Of a stretch of DNA of 64,000 bases, positions 31,628 to 42,063 are shown piece by piece. Origin of the DNA: an uncultured Ruficoccus sp. (lineage in GTDB: Bacteria; Verrucomicrobiota; Verrucomicrobiia; Opitutales; Cerasicoccaceae). The translations under genes were made by a program, and so were the position numbers. The stretch lies in assembly GCA_965140785.1 (NCBI GenBank), contig OZ223510.1, positions 241,857 through 305,856 on the forward strand, written 5' to 3'. The notes below the pieces were generated by a model, which did no database searches, was not told the origin of the DNA, and saw nothing but the letters and a program-made list of their open reading frames with translations. Positions within the stretch are counted from its first letter, which is position 1. Each line of letters opens with the position of its first letter.

Positions 31628-31815
31628 CCAGGATAGGTGGTGTCGATGTCACTGCGAAAGGGTGCATCACCCTTGTTTGCAGAGGTCTGGCACAGAAGGT
31701 CCGGCATCTTACTGGATGCCGCCTCCTTCGTAGCCGGCATCCAGTAAGATGCCGACGCTCAACGGAAGTATCATATAGCTTCGCTAAATGACAATGCATG
31801 CACCACCTATCCTGG
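31628..31815 (+). ncRNA. Retron msr-msd ncRNA
   Basis: Perfect 15-bp a1/a2 inverted repeat (CCAGGATAGGTGGTG 31628-31642 / 31801-31815), msr stem-loop 31652-31682, 20-bp perfect msd hairpin 31702-31721/31735-31754. Confidence 0.85.
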
Positions 31816-32783
31816 GTATTTTTGGAAATGACCTAAAACGACTCGAAGCAAATTTCGAGTTTATTAGGACAAACGAGTTTGATCAATTAAAGCGACTATA
31901 TGGAAAGGGACTTCCTCCAGTTGTCTCTGCGCATTCTGTAGCCTTAATTTTCGGATATTCGCCTCAATTCGTTGGGTTAATGATGAAGCGTCCAAATCGC
32001 TTTTATAGAACATTTCAGATTCCAAAAGGTAAAAACAAAGTTAGAAAAATAGAAGCTCCGCGTGTATCTTTAAAAATAATTCAAAAATGGATCGGACATC
32101 ATATTGCTCGCCAAATTAAACTTCCAAGCCATGTGTGCGGTTTCGTACCAGGAAAAAGCATAATAGATGGCGCAATGGCTCATTGTGGATGTGAGTGGTT
32201 ATTTCAAACGGATATAAGCAATTTCTTCCAGAGTACACGGTTCTATGCTGTTACTAATGCTCTCAGAACAATAGGTTATTGCGAGCGTGGTTCAGTGACA
32301 TTAGCTAGGCTCTGCTGCTTAAATGACAACTTAGCGCAAGGAGCTCCAAGCAGTCCTGCCCTATCTAATCTTGTTTTCAGAAAAATAGACAGCGAGTTAA
32401 TCCAATTTTGCTCAATGCACAATTATACATACACAAGGTATGCGGATGATATCGCGGTCTCAGGAAGTGGAAAATATCCATCTGAGGTTAAAAGATCGAT
32501 CGAGAATATTATTGATTCCCATGACTACAAAATCGCTACTCTGAAAAGTAAGGTCTCTATCGCACCAGCGAGAAGGAAAGTATATGGCTTACTTGTAAAT
32601 GGTAAGGTACCACGCCTTACAAAAGGATACCGTAACAGAATCCGGGCCTTGAAACATTTATCAGAGCATGGACGCATCAAAGAGGACGATTATTCAACAA
32701 TTATGGGGCATATATCGTATGCAGAGAGTGTCGAAGCTAGGATTGCCGACATCTTATCGAAGCAAAATGAGTCGGATCGGTAA
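31788..32783 (+). CDS. Retron reverse transcriptase
   Basis: RKIEAP, GAMAH (NAxxH-like), DISNFF, LAQGAPSSP, YTRYADD and VYGL (VTG-like region Y). Confidence 0.93.
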   Translation: MTMHAPPILGIFGNDLKRLEANFEFIRTNEFDQLKRLYGKGLPPVVSAHSVALIFGYSPQFVGLMMKRPNRFYRTFQIPKGKNKVRKIEAPRVSLKIIQKWIGHHIARQIKLPSHVCGFVPGKSIIDGAMAHCGCEWLFQTDISNFFQSTRFYAVTNALRTIGYCERGSVTLARLCCLNDNLAQGAPSSPALSNLVFRKIDSELIQFCSMHNYTYTRYADDIAVSGSGKYPSEVKRSIENIIDSHDYKIATLKSKVSIAPARRKVYGLLVNGKVPRLTKGYRNRIRALKHLSEHGRIKEDDYSTIMGHISYAESVEARIADILSKQNESDR

Positions 32784-32844
32784 AACGATTGACGCATTTT
32801 CGATTTATCTCGACATTTAATGATAAGAAATTCTAATAATTCAA

Positions 32845-32942
32845 GCCGTGGACATTTGTAAATCTTGCGGGTAGAATATAGGGCTTCGCACGTGCTGCGT
32901 ATCCATTTCTGGATATTGGAAAAGCTGTTTATTGTGCGTATT
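32845..32942 (+). repeat. Cassette-end repeat copy 1: promoter + hairpin + half dif (right end of prophage)
   Basis: TGGACA 32849-N17-TAGAAT 32872; TTCGCAC 32885; TGTTTA-TTGTGCG 32926-32938. Confidence 0.8.
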
Positions 32943-32999
32943 CGTATGTCTTTATGTTGACATAGCTAACGCCAATCAGTGACTTGGGCCTACCATCTC

Positions 33000-33452
33000 A
33001 TGAAGCCTAATATCCCTACTCTAGCAAAGGTTATACTCTGGTTGTCATTGTTAGCTGGTGGCTGGAACGCGATCATTGGCGGTGTTTTTTTATCTTCCCC
33101 ACCTCAGCAGAATTCATTGCTGGATGTCGATGGGATGAAAAACGTTTTGATCCTCTCCAGCCTCCTTGGGCTATACTTCCTGATCGTATCTATTTCAGCA
33201 CTCCAGAGAAAGGAAGCAGGACGAAAGGGCTACCTCGTCGGACTGGTCCTGATGATTTTAGGCACCCTTGCTTGGTATGGCTATAATGTGGCAAGTGCAC
33301 CTAAGCCGCTTATTATTATTATTGTAGGTGCGGTTGGAATGGTCATCCCGATTGGATTGCTGGTGATCCTCTACAGGTATTTCAGCTCACAAACTGTCCG
33401 CGAAGCTTACCAGGCAGAGCCAACTACCTGCACACAGGATTACAAAAACTAA
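33000..33452 (+). CDS. Hypothetical four-TM membrane protein (cassette gene)
   Basis: About 150 aa with four hydrophobic segments; sole gene between repeat copies 1 and 2. Confidence 0.7.
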   Translation: MKPNIPTLAKVILWLSLLAGGWNAIIGGVFLSSPPQQNSLLDVDGMKNVLILSSLLGLYFLIVSISALQRKEAGRKGYLVGLVLMILGTLAWYGYNVASAPKPLIIIIVGAVGMVIPIGLLVILYRYFSSQTVREAYQAEPTTCTQDYKN

Positions 33453-33558
33453 TGCCGTGAGGCGTGGACATTCGTGGGACTGGCGAGTAGAATATAGGGT
33501 CTCGTACGTGCTGGATCGGGATTTTTGAATCTTAGCGATCCTGTTTATTGTGCGGTTG
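33421..33558 (+). repeat. Cassette-end repeat copy 2
   Basis: CAGGATTACAAAA.CTAATGCCGTGAGGCG-TGGACA 33465-N17-TAGAAT 33488; TGTTTATTGTGCG 33542-33554. Confidence 0.85.
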
Positions 33559-33622
33559 TTGGGTTTGTATAATTAAGCAACCTTGACGATTCGTACATTT
33601 CTGAGCATTCCCAATATACCTT

Positions 33623-33958
33623 ATGGCCATCAATAAATCGGATATCCATCAGCAGGCAAAACTCGCATTGGCTGCAATCAAAGCAGCGTATAACGCTGAA
33701 GATGATGATTCCGATGTGACATTATACGTCGCGCATCATCTGGCAGAGGTCGATGCTTCCTACTGGAATAATAGATTCCAAACCAATCAGCCAGCCCCCT
33801 CGCAGATACTTGACGCGCTGATTCTTTGTTCAGACATTGAAGAGATAGACAACCTTGATAGCCTGGACTTTACTCTGCCGGGCCGTGTGACCGACTATCT
33901 GCTTTGCGTTACGTTCAATGAAGACGGAGAAGTCGAGGACATCGCCATGGAAAGCTGA
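33623..33958 (+). CDS. Acidic DUF2004-like protein (cassette gene)
   Basis: C-terminus DFTLPGRVTDYLLCVTFNEDGEVEDIAMES resembles DUF2004 (recalled, not searched). Confidence 0.6.
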   Translation: MAINKSDIHQQAKLALAAIKAAYNAEDDDSDVTLYVAHHLAEVDASYWNNRFQTNQPAPSQILDALILCSDIEEIDNLDSLDFTLPGRVTDYLLCVTFNEDGEVEDIAMES

Positions 33959-33979
33959 TTTTGGCCTCGAAACGATCCG

Positions 33980-34117
33980 CAACTATCACTACGCAGGATT
34001 ACAAAATCTAATGCCGTGAGGCGTGGACATTCCCACTGCTACGTACTAAAATATAGGGTCTCGCACGTGCTGAATCAGGATTTCTGAATCCTAGCGATCC
34101 TGCTTATTGTGCGAGTT
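33980..34117 (+). repeat. Cassette-end repeat copy 3
   Basis: Same upstream block; TGGACA 34024-N17-TAAAAT 34047; CTCGCAC 34060 pairs with GTGCGAG 34109; TGCTTATTGTGCG 34101-34113. Confidence 0.85.
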
Positions 34118-34156
34118 GTCCATTCGGGAAGCTTGCAATCTTGACGATCAAATACA

Positions 34157-35525
34157 GGACCACGTAAAGATATCCATAAAATTAGGAAGCAAATAAGGAT
34201 GTTCATGATAATTAAATTATTAAATATTCAAAGTATTTTACTAAAAAAAATAGTTTTCAATAACAAAAAGAATAACTTCAAATTTAATAATAGCTCCTTT
34301 ATTATTATACACATCACAATAATTTGGTGCAGAAAAAATAGTAATAACTGCTGGAAATTCATTAGACCCATTCCATTTATACATCTTATACCCATCAATC
34401 TAAGCTTCATGTGCCCTAATTACCGAAAGCAATCCACATGCCTTTAAAAACTTATTAACAGCTTCCATTCTAATAATTAATTCATTATTTAATTAATTAA
34501 CCCATAAATAAATGAACACCCTCTAACTTCATTTGCCTTAAAGTCTTAAGGTAAATGTCCATCTTCTGATTCAATTGGATCCGACCATATTAAATCACTA
34601 AAAGCAAAAATAAATTGAATTTATAAACTAAAAAACCAAAGTAATCCAGATTTTGGTGGTTCAGTGTATCTATCGATTTTTTATAAATCTGCTAACGATC
34701 TTAAAGCTGGAGAGATCCCACCATGAATACCTATAAACTTCCCATTAATAATAGAACATAAAGGAATCATCTCAAATGATTCCATCATTATCTCATAAAT
34801 TTCTTAATCGTATTTATAGATACCTTTTTTTAAATTAAATTTTAAATGGGGTAAAAACATTCATCACGGAAGTTAAAATATGTTGTCATTTAACGACATT
34901 CATGGTTACCACGAATAAATTGTATTGTTGTTGGATAGTTTAACTTTAATTTAACTATTATTATTAAATCAGATTACCTTAAGAGAATAAAGAAGCACTA
35001 TCACTTCAATTGAAAAAGAACCTCTATCCACAAAATCTCCAAGAAATAAATACCTTTAATAAAAATATATCATGCGATTATTTTTACTTTGTATTTTCTG
35101 GTTTTCCACCAATATCCAAAATTTTAACTAAATCATAATATTATCTTCAATTGAAATTAATAAAATTAAAAGGAATAACCCATGAATATCCCCAACTACT
35201 GTTACAGGGTCATCAATTTTCAATATATTACTTTCACTCTCTATATAAAATTAAAATTCAATAAAAATTATCAATTTACTAAAAATATTATTCGTTGCTG
35301 AGACTAATTTAATCAAATCTTCCTTTTTAATTCTTCCTTCCTGACTTAAATGATCCTTAAGTAATCTCCAGTCAGGTTTTCCTTTAAAAAGCTCAGAAAA
35401 TATATTAGTAATATCCTACCTTGCAATGAAATAGGAAACATTAATGAGGATTCTAATGGCCTATGCGGTGGAGCTCTTACTTTCTTTACTTGGCGATCAT
35501 TAAAAGGATCTTTTAAAGGCTACAT
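34157..35525 (-). CDS. Calcineurin A (PP2B)-like Ser/Thr phosphatase, ciliate, 3'-truncated at the junction
   Basis: Spliced reading gives GDIHG, GDFVDRG, RGNHE, HGG, WSDP, SAPNY and [21 protein letters not shown]=Gln; short GT-AG introns. Confidence 0.9.
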
Positions 35526-35794
35526 TATTTTTATTGTAATTATTTTACTTTTATTTTTTTATCAGTTTTCTAATTTAAATTACAAGTTTATTTTATTTAA
35601 TTTTGCTCAAAAAAAAGTTTTTCTTAGAATAATAATTCTTTAGCTTTGTTAATAAAAAAACAAAAATTTATTTTTATTATTATTTATAATACTTATTTTT
35701 CCAAATTGAATTTATTTATTTCTAACAGAATAATTTATTATATAAATTCATTAAATTTTTAACAGAATAAAGTAAAATTAAATAAATTTTTTCT

Positions 35795-38336
35795 ATGCAA
35801 CACCCCTCAGTAATCATAACTTTCTTTAATTATTCATATAGATAATTTATCCTCTCTACCAAACAGACCCTACCTAAATAATGCCACCTTAGGTTTTTTT
35901 AATTATCTAAATTTTTTGAATTTATTTACAATTATTTCTTTAAGATTTCGCCATAAATATAGCCTCCATCAATATAGCCTGAATATCCTCTCTAGCCTGA
36001 ATATCCTCTCTAGCCTGAATATCCTCTATAGCCTGAATATCCTATATATTATGACTAAAAACCTTAATTTTCAGCTCCACCAATCTAATCATACCCTCCA
36101 TAAGTTTTCCGAAGGCCAGTCATTGAAGAACCATTAAGGCCAATAACACATATTTAAAATCTTCCACCTCCTGATAATTAATTTCCTCTGGATAAGGAAG
36201 CCAATTATAATTTTTAGATCTCTAAAATGAATGAAAAGATTATAGTAATAATTAATTTATAATTGAGTTAAACTTTTTTTTTTGTAAGGAATAAAAAAGA
36301 AGTTTAGCTGAATAAGAACGTTTATTACAGGATGCTTAAAATTAGGTGAGAATGGAATTTATAATTGTTTATTTTTAGATTGATTATTTGTAGCATTAAA
36401 TTGAATAATAAACTTCAGAAAATTCTAATTATAAAGAAACACTTAAGAAAATGTATATGATTTATGTATAGCAATAAAAATAGCTAGAAGTTTCCTTAAT
36501 TTTTTATTTTAAATTTAACTAAGAAATCAAAATCAACTGAAATTGATCTTTAATAATAAAATTCTTCAATGAATGAAAAGAATTGTGAATTTAATGTAAA
36601 AAGCTTCTTAAATTTATTGCTAAATTTTCTAGATGAATATTAAAAATATGATAAATGATCAAGAGCATATGGTTAATTAATATAATTAACAAAACATGAT
36701 GCATTAAGTTAAAATAATTATAATTAAAAATTAATTTTTAGAATGAAATAAAAAATATGACAACTCAATTATAAGATAAACAAATTGTATAAAAACTATT
36801 TTATTTAATTATAAACTAGGAAACTCAAGAATTAAAAAGAAAAATAAACGATCTTTTAGATTTAAAAAGAAGATTAGAAGACGAAAACTCATCATTGTAA
36901 ATTTATAATTTTAATAATAATATCAAAGACGCTTTACACTGGATAACCAACGTGCTGCCTTTGAAATAGATTGCAAGGAAAGGTAACTCTAAATTTTATT
37001 CTTAATTTTACCCAAAAAAGATAAGTAAAATTTGATTAAATAACAGCCTGCACAAGAGATGAAATGAATATCCTTAGAATGGAACGCGATGACGCATTTC
37101 ATAGGCTTGCAGGATTAGCTGATGATGTAATATATATTTAATATATTTCTTTAAAAATTAATAAACAAGAATAAATAATAATTCGAGCAAATTAAATTCT
37201 TAGAAGTTGAATTAGCAAGAGCTCGTGGACATGCAGGACCGTAACAATAATAATACTCAAATTATGCTCCTCCTCAAGTTGAAATGCCACGTTCTGCGAC
37301 TCAATCTTCAAACTAAGTAATTTTCTTTCAGTAAATAATAAATCAATAGGATTGGCTTTAATAAGAAAATTAATAGCTTAAAATGGAAAATGAAAAGCTC
37401 AAAAGACAATTAGAAGAAATGCATAAAAGTGAGCTCCTAAAGGATGATTAAATAAGATCTTTTTCTTAAAACCCCGAGAGAGCCAAAATGGTTAACTTTA
37501 CTCCTTAAGAAACAGCACTCAGTACCAATATTCCAGGAAAATTGGATGATGAATTTATGATTAATATTACGAGTAATTATTTTATAAATAATTTATATGA
37601 TTTTAGGGGGATTATTAGAGTTAGTTACATTTAAGAGAGAGGCAATAACTAATATTATATTTGAAATTTATGTTCGGTCTATTAATCATGCAAATATTAA
37701 AAAATAGTTTAATTGTTTTGTAATTATATTAATTTTGTCTTTAGAAATTCCTTAATATTGTTTATTCTTAATCTGAAAGAATTAAAAGAAAAATATTGGA
37801 AAGGGCTAGTTCTTACACTTGAAGCTTATGAAAGGCAAATTTTTTATTAGTTTTAGAGCTTTTTTATAGATTAAGAAAATTAGCTCGATAATTAACTGCA
37901 ATTCAAGGAATTCAATAAAGATATCCAAACTTTTATAATAAACTCAGTTTAGCTGTAGGGTTATTTATTAATTTATCCAGTTATTATTTAATTTAGAAAA
38001 ATATTAAATGAAAATGTTGATTTCCGAGATAATATAAATAAGTGGATTGAAGGTACTTTGGCAAATACTATTGGGAAAAAAATTCATGAAAAGCATGAAA
38101 AAAATAGAGTAAATTTAATTTTAGAGACTAAATAATTTTTTAAAGGAATTTTTATTTTTATTCAGATTACTTACAATTAAGTACAGAATTCGTTATCCTT
38201 TATAGGGAAAGTCGTTTAATATAGATTTGGATTTAGATAATTTCCTAGAAAATAAAATTTGTGCTTCTTTAAGAAAGTAAGGCTTTATTTTTAATAATAA
38301 TAATTTAGAGTGTTAAAAATGGATTTATGAGGATGA
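35795..38336 (+). CDS. Hypothetical multi-exon coiled-coil protein (boundaries approximate)
   Basis: Coding-like exons under the ciliate code separated by GT-AG introns. Confidence 0.45.
35975..36046 (+). repeat. 18-bp tandem repeat x4 encoding QPEYP(L/I)
   Basis: tagcctgaatatcctct(c/a) units; in frame with TAG=Gln. Confidence 0.85.
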
Positions 38337-38424
38337 AACTTTTTTTATAATATAAAATTTATTTATTCCTTTTTTTTTAAACTCTAAATTATTTAAAAAA
38401 TTTTTATTTTAATTGTTTGAATAC

Positions 38425-40045
38425 TCAACACTTTTTTTTTTCCTCCTCTTAAATATGTGGATGTGCAACAGTAAATGTTTCATTCACTACTGTGGAAGGA
38501 CTAAATGTATCAACAATTTTTTAAGAATCAGCCCATAAGCTCTAAATTTCAAAAATCTGAATACATTTATAACTTAGTTCCTAAAAATCCAATAATAAAT
38601 TTTTCTAATTTTATAAATTAAACTTATTAGGATTCATCATTTGATTTAAATTTTATTTCTTTTATTAAAGGATCAGCAACATAAATTTCAGTCTAAAATC
38701 CAATTCTTTCATAAATAGAAACATTAGTATTATAAATTGAAAGAGCACCAAAATCACTCTTATAATCAACAACCACAAATATACTAGTGATTAATGTTAA
38801 AATTAAATAATTTTTTTACGCTGGGACATCATTCATTTTCGTAATAATATTTGTGACTTTGCAAGAAGCTATTTTATTTTTATTTCTTCCCTCAACTAAT
38901 TCTGATAGACTCGCAATTTAATAATCTTTATATTATTCACTTTATCCTGGAGTCTTGATTGAAGGGATATTTTTTATCATCATTGTCAATTATTTTTATT
39001 TAATTTTTCCCTTAAAAAAACAGCTAAATTATTAAGCAAAAATAAATTAATAACTTTATTTGCAATTAAATTTTGCATACTAGATACTTTTTAATAAATC
39101 GATTTCACAATTTAATCAATTTAAAACTCTTTATCCATTTCTCCTGCTTTCTAATATTCCTTCATTGCTAATTAATAATCCTCTAGATAATTATAAATCT
39201 AACATTAAAAAAAATAAAAATTTAATAAACAAAAATCTTACAGTTGCACGATTATAATGCATATCAGGATTCTTTTCATCCTTTAAACGGTTTTCAGCTT
39301 AATTATAAGCTTTTAACGCTAACTAAAGTTCATTTATTGTTTTCATATTCACAAAGAAATTGCTCATATAAGCATTACCTAAAACATACCAGCTCTCCCC
39401 ATCATTAAGATCTAAATTAAGAGCCTCCTTTGCGATATCAATTGATTTTTAGACATTTTATTATCTTACTGAATCTATATCAACAATTTTTTATATATAT
39501 ACTAATTAATTAATTAACCTTAGCCAAGTTATCTCAAAATTATTGAAATACTTCTCAGTGCAACTTTATTTCGGCCACACTATTCATTTGAACCTTCAAA
39601 ACATTTATACGCGCCTTCATAATCTTTCTTTTTCCATAGAATATGTCCTATTTTATTAATTTAGATTTAGATTTTTTACCCAATGTATTCCAGCAATCAG
39701 AATTTAAGGGATTTAATTTTAACTTTAATTTATTTAAGTAGAAATAGTAAAATTACTGATTTAGAAAGAGATTCTTCAGCTTATTTTGTATATTATGGGA
39801 GGATGTCCATTAATTTTCCTTTTAAATACATTGCTTTTCCCTTTTCATTTTTACTGATTTCTAAATAATGTTAAATTAAATTTAAAAAATGCACATTAAT
39901 CGAGAAGTTAATCTAATTGCTTATTTATTTCATTTATTTTTGGTTTAATTTTTTCATTTGATTCTAATGAAAACTCTTTTTTTTAAGCTTCAATAAGTTC
40001 TGTGATTTCCTTTTCAAATTAATCAATTGTTTTCGTTTCTTCCAT
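38425..40045 (-). CDS. TTC5-like TPR protein
   Basis: Spliced CWNTLGHILWKKKD, NKVALRSISIILR, DGESWYVLGNAY and NPDMHYNRAT; ends in TGA. Confidence 0.8.
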
Positions 40046-40164
40046 TTAAGTAAAATAAATTTGTTTTTTGATTTAAATTTCAAATTTTTTAAATAAAAAT
40101 TTAACAAAATATTTATTTTGGGGCAATTAGTTTTTGTTTTTAATTATTTAATTTAAAAAAAACA

Positions 40165-41010
40165 TCATTAATCTTATTTCTAATTGGACCCCTGCATTTT
40201 TTCCTCAAATCCCTCATCAATCTAAAGCTTTTACAGCGCAACTTTTTACTACTCTTCAAAATCTTTCATTTCCTCTAAATATTTCTACTTCTATTTTTCA
40301 AACTCTTCTAATTAATCCTTATTTTTATCAGCCAATTCAGTCACTTTTTTCGTATAATCCTAAATAGATGAATTTAATTCCGTAATCATATCTTATTACT
40401 GTTTCATACTTTAAGCTAATTCATCCATTTGGCCTTAATTAATAATTATAATATAAAATTTAATTAATTAACGTGCTTGTTCTTCATTTTTATCTTTCAA
40501 TTCTTTAATTAATTATTCACTTTTTTCTTTTGTTTCGTTGAATGCTATTTCTTATTCTTCAATTATTTTATCTAATTAAGTTTTAGTAATTTAAAAGAAA
40601 TAATAATACCCCAATCTATTTCATTTTCAACATGCTCAAAGCCAAATGTCCATTGTAAATCCATTTAATTTTCAGTTAATTCAATTTTATGTTTTTAATC
40701 CTTTTCTAATTCTTATTCAATAATTTCTTCTGCATTATTTAATACTTCTACAGTGTATTCGAGCTTATGATCTTAATTAGAAATTAAAATTATTAATTAA
40801 TTATTACTTAAGGGGAATATTAAAGTTTCTTAAACAATCCATTTATCTCCGCCTTCAACTTAGAGATAATTTTATTTAATTAAATAAATTTTTACTTGGA
40901 TGCATTTAAATTCCGTTTGATATGTTTTCATAATTTCCTTTTAATCTTAATTTTTCCAATTTCTTTCCAGGACTTATCATTGTAAATTTTACTTGGCAAT
41001 TTTCAACCAT
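40165..41010 (-). CDS. Hypothetical protein with C-terminal coiled coil
   Basis: Continuous spliced frame under the ciliate code, ATG 41010 to TGA 40165. Confidence 0.5.
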
Positions 41011-41200
41011 TTTTCCTTTATTTAAAGAAATTATTTTTATTTTTGAATTTATTTAAATTTAAATTAAATTGTTTGATAATATTTAGCTTATTAAGAAAAT
41101 TTTAATTTAAAATCTAAAATAAAATAAGAGATAAAATTTAATTTAGAAACCTCAATTCAAAATAAATTCAAAATCAAAATAAATTATAAAATTAATTTTA

Positions 41201-41995
41201 ATGTCACATTTAACAATAAATTATAATAATAAATTGTATACCCTTTCTTTTATAATTGAAGAGGATATGCTGACATTATAGCTTTAAAATAAAAATAAAG
41301 CTTGGATTAATTTTAAATTATGAGATGAATTTACTAAAAATTGTTAAAAACTCTCTACTCTCCTCGGAATTTCATCTTATCTTTAACATCAAATTACTGA
41401 AAATAAATTTAATTTTGAAAAGCTTAACAAGGATATGTTTAAACTAACAATTTTTTAAACTGAAATTATTGAAGAATTATATTTTTTGTTTGTTAGAAAT
41501 TTTACAAACAAGCAAAAAACTTAAAGCAAGGTTAATTATTATAAAAATTAGTTTTTTTAGGAAATAATAATATATGGGAATAATATTAGTTATTAAGAAA
41601 TGATTGAAAATTTAAAAAAAATTGAAAAAGAATAAACAGTTTTAAGATTTGAATTTTAGAATATTTATGATTAATTTGGGGAAAAGTTTTCTAGGTTTAA
41701 TGAAATGGCAGAAGATGTTATATTAAAAATTCCATAACAAAATTAAGAAATTTTAGAATTAGATAAAGTTTAAATCTTTTAATATATTAGCAAATTTTAG
41801 AATTAGTCTGAAATATAAAATAATAATATTTCATCTTTATTATAAGCATCGGAATAATAAAAATAAACATGCATCATTAATTCCTTAGAATCGGCTAAAG
41901 AAAAATTAAATTAATTTGAATAATAATTAGATGACTTCTTAAATTCTAAATAGAAAAGATAATATGAAGATTTCCCATTTAAAAATTATGAATGA
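41201..41995 (+). CDS. Hypothetical protein with an in-frame TGA at 41321 (end approximate)
   Basis: MSHLTINYNNKLYTLSF... frame continues coding-like past the TGA. Confidence 0.4.
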
Positions 41996-42063
41996 TAAAA
42001 TAATTGTAATGAAAATCATCTACAAAAATAAATTAATAATAGTTTTTATAAATTAAATGATCT

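Larger units (their letters stand above)
23419..32931 (+). mobile_element. Filamentous (inovirus-like) prophage integrated at dif, with retron cargo
   Basis: Major coat, pIII-like, pVI-like, Zot/pI ATPase, ssDNA-binding candidate and HUH Rep genes; no integrase; flanked by TGTTTATTGTGCG direct repeats (23419 and 32926). Confidence 0.9.

Noticed and set aside
31788..32783. Group II intron or DGR reverse transcriptase
   Set aside because: Short RT without a maturase/endonuclease domain, no TR/VR pair, and it has retron-type motifs and an a1/a2 ncRNA
32845..34117. CRISPR array or classical integron attC array
   Set aside because: Repeats are about 100-140 bp with gene-sized spacers and no cas or intI is present; the conserved core matches dif rather than GTTRRRY/RYYYAAC
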